64,000 nt of DNA, from positions 7,295-71,294 of the forward strand of contig JBKAGN010000001.1 in assembly GCA_046290415.1 (NCBI GenBank), written 5' to 3'. The notes under the pieces are model-generated. The model was not told the origin of the DNA and did no database searches. It was given only the letters and a program-made list of their open reading frames with translations. Positions 20,443-29,645 of the stretch are shown piece after piece (positions within the stretch are counted from its first letter, which is position 1; each line of letters starts with the position of its first letter). This stretch comes from Hyphomicrobiales bacterium (GTDB lineage: Bacteria; Pseudomonadota; Alphaproteobacteria; Rhizobiales; MH13). A program made the translations under genes and the position numbers.

Positions 20443-20909
20443 TATGCAGCCCTCCGGCTGTTCTTCGCATTCAGCGCTTTAACGTCGAGCACTTCAGGCT
20501 GTTGCGCTTCATGGGGATGCTCGGCGCCGGCATAGACGCGCATGTTGGAAAGTTGCTGACGGCCAAGCGGGCCGCGCGGCAGCATGCGCTCGACAGCTTT
20601 TTCCACAACACGCTCGGGGAAACGGCCTTCGAGCAGGGCTTTGGCCGTGCGCTCTTTGATGCCGCCCGGATAGCCGGTGTGCCAGTAATACTTTTTGTTC
20701 TCGCGCTTGCGACCGGTGAAGATCACCTTGTCGGCATTGATGACGATGACGTTGTCGCCGCAATCAACGTGGGGGGTGAAAATGGGCTTGTGCTTGCCGC
20801 GCAAGCGGGTGGCGATAAGGGATGCCAGACGTCCGACCACAAGGCCTTCCGCGTCGATGAGGATCCACTTCTTTTCCACCTCAGCGGGTTTCGCTGAAAA
20901 GGTCTTCAT
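20442..20909 (-). CDS. rplM: 50S ribosomal protein L13
   Basis: [57 protein letters not shown] overlap with rpsI; start at 20909. Confidence 0.99.
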   Translation of the reverse strand: MKTFSAKPAEVEKKWILIDAEGLVVGRLASLIATRLRGKHKPIFTPHVDCGDNVIVINADKVIFTGRKRENKKYYWHTGYPGGIKERTAKALLEGRFPERVVEKAVERMLPRGPLGRQQLSNMRVYAGAEHPHEAQQPEVLDVKALNAKNSRRAA

Positions 20910-21041
20910 GGGTTTGGTCCTGCTCTTCAAACGGGCAAAGCATCGACTGTCGGCGCGTGAAGGCGCCCTTTGTCTGCAGATTTGGCCGTTTTTGGAAAAT
21001 ACGGTGCCTTGAAGGACCAGCGCCCTTACAAGGTTGGCGGT

Positions 21042-21070
21042 TCTATACGAGTGCTGCGCTGTTCGGTCAA
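21042..21070 (-). promoter_or_regulatory. sigma70-type promoter of rplM-rpsI
   Basis: The minus strand reads TTGACC-N17-TATAGA. Confidence 0.7.
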
Positions 21071-21159
21071 GCATCGATCGACGTATTTTTTATATTGATT
21101 TCAATGCTCTATAAATGCGGTAATTTAATACCTCATTATTTGGCGCTTTTCCGACCGGA

Positions 21160-21191
21160 TTGACCTTCAACATCGTTCTATATAAAGAACG
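21160..21191 (+). promoter_or_regulatory. putative metY promoter with overlapping inverted repeat
   Basis: TTGACC (21160-21165)-N17-TAAAGA. The palindrome CGTTCT-N6-AGAACG (21174-21191) covers the -10 region. Confidence 0.45.
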
Positions 21192-21254
21192 CTCATTCGA
21201 TATTCAGAACGACCCCTACGTTTCCGCGTGGGTTTAAACCGGTGAGGACCAATC

Positions 21255-22532
21255 ATGAGCGACAAACCCCAAGGCTTCAACACGCTGGCCGTCCATGCGG
21301 GCGCGCAGCCCGACCCAACAACCGGCGCGCGTGCAACGCCGATCTACCAGACAACCAGCTTTGTGTTTGAAGACACCGAGCATGCGGCCAATCTCTTTGG
21401 CCTCAAAGCCTTCGGCAACATCTACACCCGCATCATGAACCCAACGCAAGATGTCTTGGAGCAGCGCGTTGCGGCCCTGGAAGGCGGCACGGCGGCGCTG
21501 GCTGTGGCCTCCGGCCACTCGGCACAGCTCTTGGTATTCCACACCATGCTGCAGCCGGGCGATGAATTCATTGCCGCCAAAAAGCTCTATGGCGGGTCGA
21601 TCAACCAGTTCAATCACTCGTTCAAGAGCTTTGGCTGGAACGTGGTTTGGGCCGATCCGGACGACGTTTCTTCGTTCGAGGCGGCGATTACGCCAAAAAC
21701 CAAGGCAATCTTCATCGAGTCTATCGCCAACCCAGGAGGCGTGGTCACGGACATTGAAGCGATTGCCGCCGTGGCTCAAAAAGCCGGTATCCCGCTGATT
21801 GTCGATAACACGATGGCCACGCCCTACCTGGTGCAGCCAATCAAGCATGGTGCGAACATTGTCATCCATTCGCTGACCAAATTCATTGGCGGCCACGGCA
21901 ACTCCATGGGCGGCATCATCGTTGATGGTGGTAATTTCGATTGGTCGGCCTCGGACAAATACCCTAAGCTTTCTGAGGCTCTGGACGAGTATCACGGCGT
22001 AAAACTGCACGAGGCGCTGGGTGGCATTTCCTTTGCCATTGCCTGCCGCGTGCTGGGCTTGCGCGACCTTGGCCCCGCGATTTCGCCGTTCAACGCGTTC
22101 TTGATCCAAACTGGTCTTGAGACACTGCCGCTGCGCATGCAGCGCCACTGCGACAACGCGCTGGCCGTCGCGCAGCACCTGCAGAACCACGACAAGGTAG
22201 CCTGGGTGTCGTATGCGGGTCTCCCGGGCGACAAATACAACAAGCTTGCTCAGAAATATGCGCCCAAGGGCGCCGGTGCGGTCTTCACCTTCGGCCTGAA
22301 GGGCGGTCACGAGGCCGGTGTGAAACTGGTGGAGGGCGTAGAACTCTTCTCGCACCTGGCCAACATTGGTGACACGCGCTCGCTGATCATTCACCCGGCG
22401 TCAACAACGCACAGTCAGCTTACCGATGAGCAGAAGGCTGAAGCCGGGGCAGCGCCTGACACGGTGCGTATTTCGGTCGGAATTGAAGATGTTGCCGACA
22501 TCATCGCCGATCTGGATCAGGCCCTGGCATAG
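21255..22532 (+). CDS. metY: O-acetylhomoserine aminocarboxypropyltransferase (sulfhydrylase)
   Basis: TLAVHAG, PIYQTTSF, YTRIMNPT, LEGG..A...ASG, HSLTKF (PLP Lys), LRDLG and HLANIGD.RSL.IHPASTTH.QL. Confidence 0.95.
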   Translation: MSDKPQGFNTLAVHAGAQPDPTTGARATPIYQTTSFVFEDTEHAANLFGLKAFGNIYTRIMNPTQDVLEQRVAALEGGTAALAVASGHSAQLLVFHTMLQPGDEFIAAKKLYGGSINQFNHSFKSFGWNVVWADPDDVSSFEAAITPKTKAIFIESIANPGGVVTDIEAIAAVAQKAGIPLIVDNTMATPYLVQPIKHGANIVIHSLTKFIGGHGNSMGGIIVDGGNFDWSASDKYPKLSEALDEYHGVKLHEALGGISFAIACRVLGLRDLGPAISPFNAFLIQTGLETLPLRMQRHCDNALAVAQHLQNHDKVAWVSYAGLPGDKYNKLAQKYAPKGAGAVFTFGLKGGHEAGVKLVEGVELFSHLANIGDTRSLIIHPASTTHSQLTDEQKAEAGAAPDTVRISVGIEDVADIIADLDQALA

Positions 22533-22569
22533 GCCCGCGCCTTTCAAGGCTTTTCCCTGAAGACCGATT

Positions 22570-22602
22570 GCCAGCGCGCCCCAGGGCGTGCTGGCTTTTT
22601 TT
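22570..22602 (+). terminator. intrinsic terminator after metY
   Basis: GCCAGCGCGCC-CCAG-GGCGTGCTGGC followed by TTTTTTT; it abuts the ctaA stop codon. Confidence 0.85.
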
Positions 22603-23707
22603 AGGCCGGCTGAGTAGCTGGCAGATGCCCGTGACCCACGAGCCGTGCGCGGTGCAGAACTGTGACGACAAGGATCACGAAGGCCCAGAACTGGTGCAGC
22701 AACGCCCATTCCATCTCGATCTGGGTGAGCAAGGTGACGATGCCGATCACCGCTTGAAGCAGCAGCGCGATCACCAAGGCTGACGCCATTTTGGCGTCTT
22801 TTGGGTCAGTCGCGACGCGGCGCATGCGCCAAGCGTGAAAAAGCGCAAAACCGAGCAGCGCATAGGCGCCCATGCGGTGCACCCATTGCACGGTGAGGAC
22901 GTTCTCACCGAAGTTCACATACCAAGGCGATTGGATGAAAAGCTTGGCGGCAGGCGGAATGAAATCGCCATCCATCAGCGGCCAGGTTGTGTAGGTCAGC
23001 CCAGCGTCGAGACCTGCGACCAGCGCGCCGAGAAAAATCTGCACGAGCACGAACAGAGAAAGCAGCGCGGCCATGGTTGCACCAGGCGCGCCCCGCCCTC
23101 GCCTGTCGGCCAGGTGAAGTTCGATGGGCTTCATCGATTGGGCAACCCAGGCGATAGAGGCCAGAATGATGGCTGCCATGGTCAGATGAACCGCCAGCCG
23201 ATACTGGCTGACATCCACACGTTCCGTTAGGCCAGAGGCCACCATCCACCAGCCGATGGCGCCTTGCAGGCCCCCGAGAGCTAGCAAGCCCAGCAACTTG
23301 GGCATGGATTTGGGCGGCAGGGCTTTACGCGCCGCAAACCAGATGAGCGGGACAACAAAGGCAAGCCCGACAAGACGGCCGAGGAACCGGTGGCCCCACT
23401 CCCACCAATAGATGAACTGGAATTCGGCCATCGACATGCCGCGGTTGATGCGCTGATACTCGGGGATCTGCCGGTACTTTTCCAGCTCTGCTTCCCAGCC
23501 TTCGGCACTTAAGGGTGGGATGGCCCCGGTGATCGGTCGCCACTCGGTGATGGAAAGGCCAGAGTCGGTCAGCCGTGTGGCACCGCCAACAAACACCATC
23601 AAAAACACCAGCGCCGCGACGCACCATAGCCAGATGCGAACCGGCCGGTAGGAGTCGATGCTGGCGTCAAGCGATGTGATGTCCGACGGGTTGGTGGTGA
23701 CGGCCAT
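22601..23707 (-). CDS. ctaA: heme A synthase (COX15/CtaA)
   Basis: VGGATRLTDSGLSITEW.P.TG..PP, FQFIYWWEWGHRFLGR, QGAIGWWMVASGL, VSQYRLAVHL, QWVHR and LLHQ. Confidence 0.96.
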   Translation of the reverse strand: MAVTTNPSDITSLDASIDSYRPVRIWLWCVAALVFLMVFVGGATRLTDSGLSITEWRPITGAIPPLSAEGWEAELEKYRQIPEYQRINRGMSMAEFQFIYWWEWGHRFLGRLVGLAFVVPLIWFAARKALPPKSMPKLLGLLALGGLQGAIGWWMVASGLTERVDVSQYRLAVHLTMAAIILASIAWVAQSMKPIELHLADRRGRGAPGATMAALLSLFVLVQIFLGALVAGLDAGLTYTTWPLMDGDFIPPAAKLFIQSPWYVNFGENVLTVQWVHRMGAYALLGFALFHAWRMRRVATDPKDAKMASALVIALLLQAVIGIVTLLTQIEMEWALLHQFWAFVILVVTVLHRARLVGHGHLPATQPA

Positions 23708-23871
23708 GGGGGTTCCGCAAGAATTGTTGATTGGCGCGGTTATGGCGCTCCGATGTCTGGCTGCCTAGCCCTGCCCTTTGCGGCCCGGTGCCGCATCGCG
23801 CCGGTTCAGGCTTGCGCAAAGCGCCGATCCGCCTATCTCTGCTTCAATCAACGACAGAACGAGACCGCCCT

Positions 23872-24093
23872 ATGGCCCTTCCCATGCGCGCGCGCAAACT
23901 GATCGGAACCTTTGTTCTGCTCGCCTTTATCATCATTTATGCGTTCATGATCATGCTGCTTGGCGTGCGCCTGCTTGAAGACGCGCCACAATGGTTCTCG
24001 ATGCTCTATTACGTCGTGACCGGTTGCGCCTGGGCTTTCCCGGCGATGCTGATCCTAAAATGGATGCTGAAGCCCGACGCGCCGACGACCTAG
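23872..24093 (+). CDS. DUF2842-family small membrane protein
   Basis: RARKLIGTFVLL..., ..YYVVTGCAWAFPAM..LKWM; two hydrophobic segments; usual neighbour of ctaA. Start at ATG 23872. Confidence 0.85.
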   Translation: MALPMRARKLIGTFVLLAFIIIYAFMIMLLGVRLLEDAPQWFSMLYYVVTGCAWAFPAMLILKWMLKPDAPTT

Positions 24094-24099
24094 CACGCG

Positions 24100-25176
24100 C
24101 TAAGCGACCTTCTTGAAACGGTTGGCAAGCAGGAACGGCGCACCGGACGCAAACAGTTCGATGTAACGCTGCTGCTGATACTCGCCATTCAGCGACACGC
24201 GCGGCAGACCGAACAGATGGTCTTTGTGGTCGGAATAGACCATGCCTTTGCGTGTCGTGACCGCCGTCGTGAAGCCTGCCTGACGCGCCAAATCATAGTC
24301 GCGCGTGTCGGCTGAGCCGGGGTCTCCGTAAGGAAAGGCGAAGTGCTTCGGTCGCGACCCCAGCGTTTCTTCCAGCCAGTTGGCGCCGTCCACCATTTCC
24401 CGCATTGCTTCCTCTGGCGACAAACGAGCGATAGCCCGGTGGGTCACTGTGTGCGCTCCAATGGTGATGAGCGGATGGGCACTGAGGTCTTGCAGCACTT
24501 GAGTCGAGAGGATCAAGCGGCGGCAAAGCGCGTCGAGATCGTAATTCTGTGCGCCCGCCATCTGGCGAATGCACGCGCGCTGCTGATCCTGCCCCATGGC
24601 ACGCAGAGCCCAATAGAAATCCAGATAGAAAGCGAGCTTCTCGTCAGCCGACGCAACCGATTGGGCGCCTTGCTCCTTCTTGTCGGGACGCACCACGGTG
24701 TCGGCTGCACGGATCATCTCTTCCAAAGCCACCCACCAGAGCTCGCCTTTGCCCTGCGGATAGGACGAAGGCATGTAGAGCATCGCCGGCGCGTCATGGG
24801 CTTCAAGTACCGGCAGAGCGTGGTCGCGATTATCGATGTAGCCATCGTCGAAGGTGAAGACGGCAAACCGGCCGGACCGGATGGCAGGATTCTTGATGGC
24901 TTCAACCGCTTCATCCAAGCTGATAATCGCCAGCCCTTGCGCCTTCAGCGCCTCCAAGGTCGCATCAAGGAAATCAGGCGTGATTTCGAGCAGACCATTG
25001 GGGTTGAAGTCTGGGTGGGCGCCAAGTTCGGCATCGAGCTCAACCGCAGGCCGAACGCGGTGCAGCGTCAGGATCATGCCCAATCCTTCGGACAAAGGGC
25101 GCATCATCGAATGAATGTTGAGCGCGTGCATGGTTTTCAGCGCGCTCTTCATGAGCGTCACGCGGGTCGAAGCCAT
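24100..25176 (-). CDS. polysaccharide deacetylase (NodB/CE4 family)
   Basis: ILTLHRV, FTFDDGY.DN, IGAHTVTH and FAFPYG motifs. Start chosen at MASTR (25176); the ORF track gives 25218. Confidence 0.92.
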   Translation of the reverse strand: MASTRVTLMKSALKTMHALNIHSMMRPLSEGLGMILTLHRVRPAVELDAELGAHPDFNPNGLLEITPDFLDATLEALKAQGLAIISLDEAVEAIKNPAIRSGRFAVFTFDDGYIDNRDHALPVLEAHDAPAMLYMPSSYPQGKGELWWVALEEMIRAADTVVRPDKKEQGAQSVASADEKLAFYLDFYWALRAMGQDQQRACIRQMAGAQNYDLDALCRRLILSTQVLQDLSAHPLITIGAHTVTHRAIARLSPEEAMREMVDGANWLEETLGSRPKHFAFPYGDPGSADTRDYDLARQAGFTTAVTTRKGMVYSDHKDHLFGLPRVSLNGEYQQQRYIELFASGAPFLLANRFKKVA

Positions 25177-25270
25177 AGGCCGTTCCTGTCTGAGCGTTCT
25201 TGTCTGCTCGTTTATCACACAGCAAACCTTGGAGCCGGCTTAAGCCAAGTGGTTGCCGAAAGGTTGCTGC

Positions 25271-27529
25271 TCAGGCGGGGATGGCGGCTTGAAAGGTGGT
25301 GGCCGCTTGGTTGCGCACCGACAGGATGCGATCGCGCGAGACGATGGAGGACAGCGTCTGCGCCAAAGCATTGACGCGCGCCGGGTTGCCGCAAAGCACC
25401 ATGGCGTCGTTAATGTTGGCGCATTCCCAAAGCAACTGCGGATCATCGCCCGCATTCACGACCACGCTGTCATAGTTTTCCGCCAAGGCCGAGAACACGA
25501 GATCAGCGGCATCATCGGCGATCATCGACCGATCAGCCTGGGTGAAGCCAGATGGAACGAAATGCAAAGCGCTGTCAGGGTCCTTGTGGAGGGCGCTGTC
25601 GAATCCGGCCGTTCCGGTGACAAGCTCATAGAATCCTGGCCCATCCGCGCTGATCCCCGCGCCGCTGAGATCGCCGATGCAATCGATCATGACGACGGAT
25701 CGACCCGCTTCGGCCAGAGCACGGGCAAGATGAAGGGCAAGACCGCCGGCGACGGTTTGCTCATCGGCCGCGCCCACAGTGATCCGGGTTCCTGCGCCGC
25801 GAGGCCCGCTTTTACGCAGATGGGAAAACAACATGCGACAGTCTTGCGCGTCCGTCAGGCTGTAGGTGCGCACGGCATTGGCCGTTGTCGCGTGATCTGC
25901 ATCAGCAGGCGTCTGCGCCAATGTGCCTGCGGTGGTTGCAGCAGTTGTCGCTGCTGTCGAAGCCGCCAAGGTTTGCGACCGGGCGACAGCTTCACGGCTG
26001 CTCGGCGCAGATTTGGTTTCTTCCGGCGATGATAAAAGCGGCGCTGCAACGGGCATTGGGCGCGGCTCAAAACGCGGCTCGACTGCGTCCATGCTTTCAT
26101 CGCGCACCGCACCGGCCAGGATCGCATGGCTCGTCACGCTCAACAGTGCCAAGGCAAAACTGCCGACCAACGCAATCATGATCATCGGCATGGTTTGCGG
26201 GAAGATCGCGTCACGCTCGACCTGGGCGGTCTGAATGATGCGCGCGTTGGTGGGAAGATTGGCGGTGTCGTCGCGCGTTGCCGCTTCACGAAACCGCACC
26301 AAATAGCTCGCCAACAAATCACGCTGCGCCGATGCCTCACGTTCCAACGCGCGTAGCTCAACCTCGGCCTCGCCAACGCGGGCGGCTTCGGCGCTCAATC
26401 GGGCGAGTTCATCTTGCAATGCCCCGGCGCGGGCCGAGGCGACGCGCGCCTCGTTGTCAAAACGCTGCGCGATGCGCCCAGCTTCGGCACGGATCTGGCC
26501 ACCAAGATCGGCAAGCTGGGCGTTGAGTTCCTGTAAACGCGGGTGGGCCGGCAACAGCGTGGCGGAAAGCTCCGCGATCCTCGCCCGCAAGGTTGCCTGC
26601 TCTTCATGCAAACGCTGCGTGAGCGGCGTGGCAAAACTGTCGGGCAGCGCAACGCGCGTGCCCTGCTGGGCGATCAGATCACGGATTTCTTCTGCACGCG
26701 AACGCGCGGTGGACTCTTCGGCCCGCGCGCGTGTCAGTTCGCTGGAGAGCTCCGACAGTTGCTGGGTGGAGAGCGTTCGGTTGTCGGTGACCAGGAAAAG
26801 ACCGGAACCGGAGCGAAAACGGGCGACAGCCGCCTCAGCCTCACCAACCTGCTGGCGCAGTTCTGCAATCTCGGTTTCAAGAAAGGATGTCGCTGAACGG
26901 GTATTGTCGGCCTGCGTGGTCCGCTGCGTCTGTTGATAGATTTCGACAACCGCATTGGCGATCTGCGCTGAAAGCTCCGGATCGCCGCTTTTGTAACGCA
27001 CCACAATGACGCGCGACTCGGGGATGTTGAAGACGCTTAAGCCGCTGTCGAACTCTTGATAAACACGCTCGTCCGCCGACAGGAGCATCGGGTCATCGGA
27101 AAGCCCGAGAAGGACCATGACCGACTGGACCGGCGACATGCCTTCCAGCGCAGAATCGAAACGCGGGTCGTCACGCAGGCCAAGCCGATCGATGACCTGT
27201 TCAGCGACATCGCGCGAGCGCATCACCTGCACTTGGCTCGTCACGGCGCGATCATCAATGCTTGGAACGCTGTCACCCTGTTGGACTTCAGGCCGCGTGA
27301 AGGCAGTTTCCTGCGCTTCGATCAAAACCTGCGCTTCAGCTTCGTATTTTGGCGAGGTGGTCTGGGTGTAAAAGTAGACCAGCCCGGTTATCCCGAGGAC
27401 GAAAAACAGCACGCCGAACTTGGCCGCCCAAAGGCGGGCCAGCAGGTAGGCAAGATTGATTTCCTGGGGTGCTTGCGCTTGAGAGGACGCCAACGCTTTA
27501 CTCCACGGGTCCGGATCGACACTGAACAA
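25271..27529 (-). CDS. Wzc/ExoP/GumC-type polysaccharide co-polymerase (UppB-like) with degenerate kinase domain
   Basis: N-terminal Wzz segment (P.YEAEAQVLIE, SQVQVMRSR.VA), a long coiled-coil periplasmic region, a second TM helix and a C-terminal P-loop-like domain without GK[ST]. The TTG start is uncertain. Confidence 0.88.
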   Translation of the reverse strand: MFSVDPDPWSKALASSQAQAPQEINLAYLLARLWAAKFGVLFFVLGITGLVYFYTQTTSPKYEAEAQVLIEAQETAFTRPEVQQGDSVPSIDDRAVTSQVQVMRSRDVAEQVIDRLGLRDDPRFDSALEGMSPVQSVMVLLGLSDDPMLLSADERVYQEFDSGLSVFNIPESRVIVVRYKSGDPELSAQIANAVVEIYQQTQRTTQADNTRSATSFLETEIAELRQQVGEAEAAVARFRSGSGLFLVTDNRTLSTQQLSELSSELTRARAEESTARSRAEEIRDLIAQQGTRVALPDSFATPLTQRLHEEQATLRARIAELSATLLPAHPRLQELNAQLADLGGQIRAEAGRIAQRFDNEARVASARAGALQDELARLSAEAARVGEAEVELRALEREASAQRDLLASYLVRFREAATRDDTANLPTNARIIQTAQVERDAIFPQTMPMIMIALVGSFALALLSVTSHAILAGAVRDESMDAVEPRFEPRPMPVAAPLLSSPEETKSAPSSREAVARSQTLAASTAATTAATTAGTLAQTPADADHATTANAVRTYSLTDAQDCRMLFSHLRKSGPRGAGTRITVGAADEQTVAGGLALHLARALAEAGRSVVMIDCIGDLSGAGISADGPGFYELVTGTAGFDSALHKDPDSALHFVPSGFTQADRSMIADDAADLVFSALAENYDSVVVNAGDDPQLLWECANINDAMVLCGNPARVNALAQTLSSIVSRDRILSVRNQAATTFQAAIPA

Positions 27530-27754
27530 TTGCCAACAATGTGACCGACTATGGTAAGCAAGCCGTTAACCGCGCCTAGGCCTCGCCTGACCTTCCGCAA
27601 GGTTCCTTGGACTTGCCGCCGCCAGGTCTGACGCGACACAACGGTTGATTAACCTTGTCCGGTTACTTTCACCGGTGATGAAGCGGGTCACCACACGGCA
27701 TTCTTGGAGCCAAGCGACGCGCTTCCCGTAAAGGTTTGTAAGGCGTTGCGTGTC

Positions 27755-28324
27755 ATGGTGTCTGGTCTGAAATTTCGCCTGTTTGGCTTATTGGCGTCCT
27801 TGCCCCTGCTGGCCGGTTGCGCCAGCACTGCGCCACAGCCTTCAGATTTCAATCCGCTGCTTGTCGAGCCCTACGCCCTGGATTCCGGCGATGCTTTGCG
27901 GATCACGGTTTTCGAGCAACCGAGCCTTTCCTCCACCTATACCGTTGATGTCGAAGGCATGATCTCCATGCCACTAATCGGAGACGTCCCAGCGCGCGGT
28001 CTTACGGCTGATGAACTAGACGCCAGCGTGACCCAAGCGCTGCGCGAAGGGTTTTTGCGCAACCCTGACGTCAGCGTTGAAGTGGCCGCCTACCGTCCGT
28101 TTTTCGTGCTCGGCGAGGTTGGCACGTCCGGTCAGTTTCCTTATGTCGCCGGGATGACCGTGCGCAGCGCTATTGCCATTGCTGGCGGCTTCTCGCCGCG
28201 GGCTGTGCGCTCTAATGTCGATATCTCGCGCGTGATGAATGGCGAAGTGGTTGTTGGCCGGGTCGAACTCAATGAAGCCTTGCGCCCCGGCGACGTCATC
28301 ACGGTGCGGGAACGCTGGTTCTGA
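27755..28324 (+). CDS. uppC: polysaccharide export outer-membrane lipoprotein (Wza/OPX)
   Basis: Lipobox LLAGC, Y.LDSGD.LRITVF, G.ISMPLIG and the SLBB motif FFVLGEV...GQFPY..GMTV..AIAIAGGF. The symbol is assigned by synteny with rhizobial upp clusters. Confidence 0.88.
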   Translation: MVSGLKFRLFGLLASLPLLAGCASTAPQPSDFNPLLVEPYALDSGDALRITVFEQPSLSSTYTVDVEGMISMPLIGDVPARGLTADELDASVTQALREGFLRNPDVSVEVAAYRPFFVLGEVGTSGQFPYVAGMTVRSAIAIAGGFSPRAVRSNVDISRVMNGEVVVGRVELNEALRPGDVITVRERWF

Positions 28325-29469
28325 TGAGTGCAAGCGATGGCAAACCCTTGCGGGTCTTGCTGATCACCCGCGCCCCGGTTGGCGGTCTTTGGCGCCATAT
28401 TCTCGATCTGACAGACGGGCTTTTGGAGCGCGGCTTTGAGCTTGGCATCGCCGTGGACTCACTGCGCGCGTCCGACCATGTGCGCTCAACACTGGAGCGT
28501 TTTGCCCCGCGTCTATCGCTGGGTGTTCATACCCTCGACATTCCGCGCTTGCCCGGCTGGGGCGACCTGCGGCTTTCGATGCAATTTCGTAAATTGATCA
28601 AAGAGTTGCAGCCGGACGTGGTGCACGGCCACGGTGCCAAGGGCGGGCTTTACGCGCGCCTATCGGCCTGGCGCACAGACGCCCAGGCCGTCTACACGCC
28701 GCATGGCGGATCGCTGCATTACGACTGGAAGACGATGAGCGGTAAGGTTTTTCTGACCGCTGAACGGCGTCTGATCCCCCTCACCCATCAGTTCCTTTTC
28801 GAAAGCCAGTTCAGTGCCGACGGGTTTGAAGAGAAAATCGGCGACACGCGTGGCCGCGACAAGGTCGTCTTCAATGGCCTGGGCAGCGGAGAATTTGCCG
28901 GTGGGCCGGTGACGCTGGACGATCCAACGCATGATTTTGCGTTCGTTGGTGAGATGCGCGCGATCAAAGGCGTCGATGTGCTTCTGGAAGCGCTTTGTCA
29001 GATCCACCATCCCGATGGCCGACCATTACGGGTACTCATGCTCGGTGATGGACCGATGCTGGATGACTATCGCGATTACGCCGACAAGCTTGGTCTGGCG
29101 GAAGAGGTGACCTTTGTTGGCCGGCGCCCCGTACGCGAGGCCTTTGCCGCCACCAACACCATCGTCGTCCCGTCGCGCGCTGAATCGCTACCTTACATCG
29201 TGATTGAGTCGATAGCCGCCGGTAAGCAGGTCATCGCAACCGATGTTGGCGGTGTTGCCGAGATCTTCGGGCCAACGCGCGATGCTTTGGTGCCAGCCGA
29301 CAATGTCGATGCCTTGGCGGCGGCCATGCGAGAGACGCTAAAACCACGATCACAGGCTTCTATCGACACGCAGGAAACGCGTTACGCGTATCTGGCTGAA
29401 AACTTCCATGTCGATACGATGGTCGATCAGATTGCCGAGAGCTACCGGGCCATCACCGCCGCGCGTTAA
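28324..29469 (+). CDS. GT4-family glycosyltransferase (UppD-like)
   Basis: PVGGLWRH, VVHGHGAKGG, YTPHGGSLH and the GT4 signature PSRAESLPYIVIES...G..VIATDVGG. Confidence 0.92.
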   Translation: MSASDGKPLRVLLITRAPVGGLWRHILDLTDGLLERGFELGIAVDSLRASDHVRSTLERFAPRLSLGVHTLDIPRLPGWGDLRLSMQFRKLIKELQPDVVHGHGAKGGLYARLSAWRTDAQAVYTPHGGSLHYDWKTMSGKVFLTAERRLIPLTHQFLFESQFSADGFEEKIGDTRGRDKVVFNGLGSGEFAGGPVTLDDPTHDFAFVGEMRAIKGVDVLLEALCQIHHPDGRPLRVLMLGDGPMLDDYRDYADKLGLAEEVTFVGRRPVREAFAATNTIVVPSRAESLPYIVIESIAAGKQVIATDVGGVAEIFGPTRDALVPADNVDALAAAMRETLKPRSQASIDTQETRYAYLAENFHVDTMVDQIAESYRAITAAR

Positions 29470-29645
29470 CGCTCCGCCAGCGTTCCAGGCAACGCCTTGT
29501 TCACCACTTCCCTTAAACGGGCGCAAAGATCGGCGCTGTATAGCTGGCCCTAACGACAAGGAGCAGGCGTTGATCCTGCGCCATTAAATGGGTCGGTGGC
29601 AGGTTTGATCACCGGACGCACGGCCCACCGGACAAGGGTGCCGTC

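Noticed and set aside
21174-21254. SAM-II riboswitch or LexA box upstream of metY
   Set aside because: No SAM-II pseudoknot pattern is visible, and the two GAAC words are 16 bp apart rather than the alphaproteobacterial GAAC-N7-GAAC spacing.
24343-25374. 343-aa plus-strand ORF, and similar long antisense ORFs (11463-12305, 21234-22394, 41570-42394, 45619-46257)
   Set aside because: They lie antisense or out of frame to clearly recognisable genes and show no family motifs. Such shadow ORFs are expected in GC-rich coding DNA.
27530-27754. CtrA sites in the divergent co-polymerase/wza promoter region
   Set aside because: TTAAC half-sites occur at 27566 and 27649, but neither has a partner at N7 spacing with fewer than two mismatches. 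Too weak to call.
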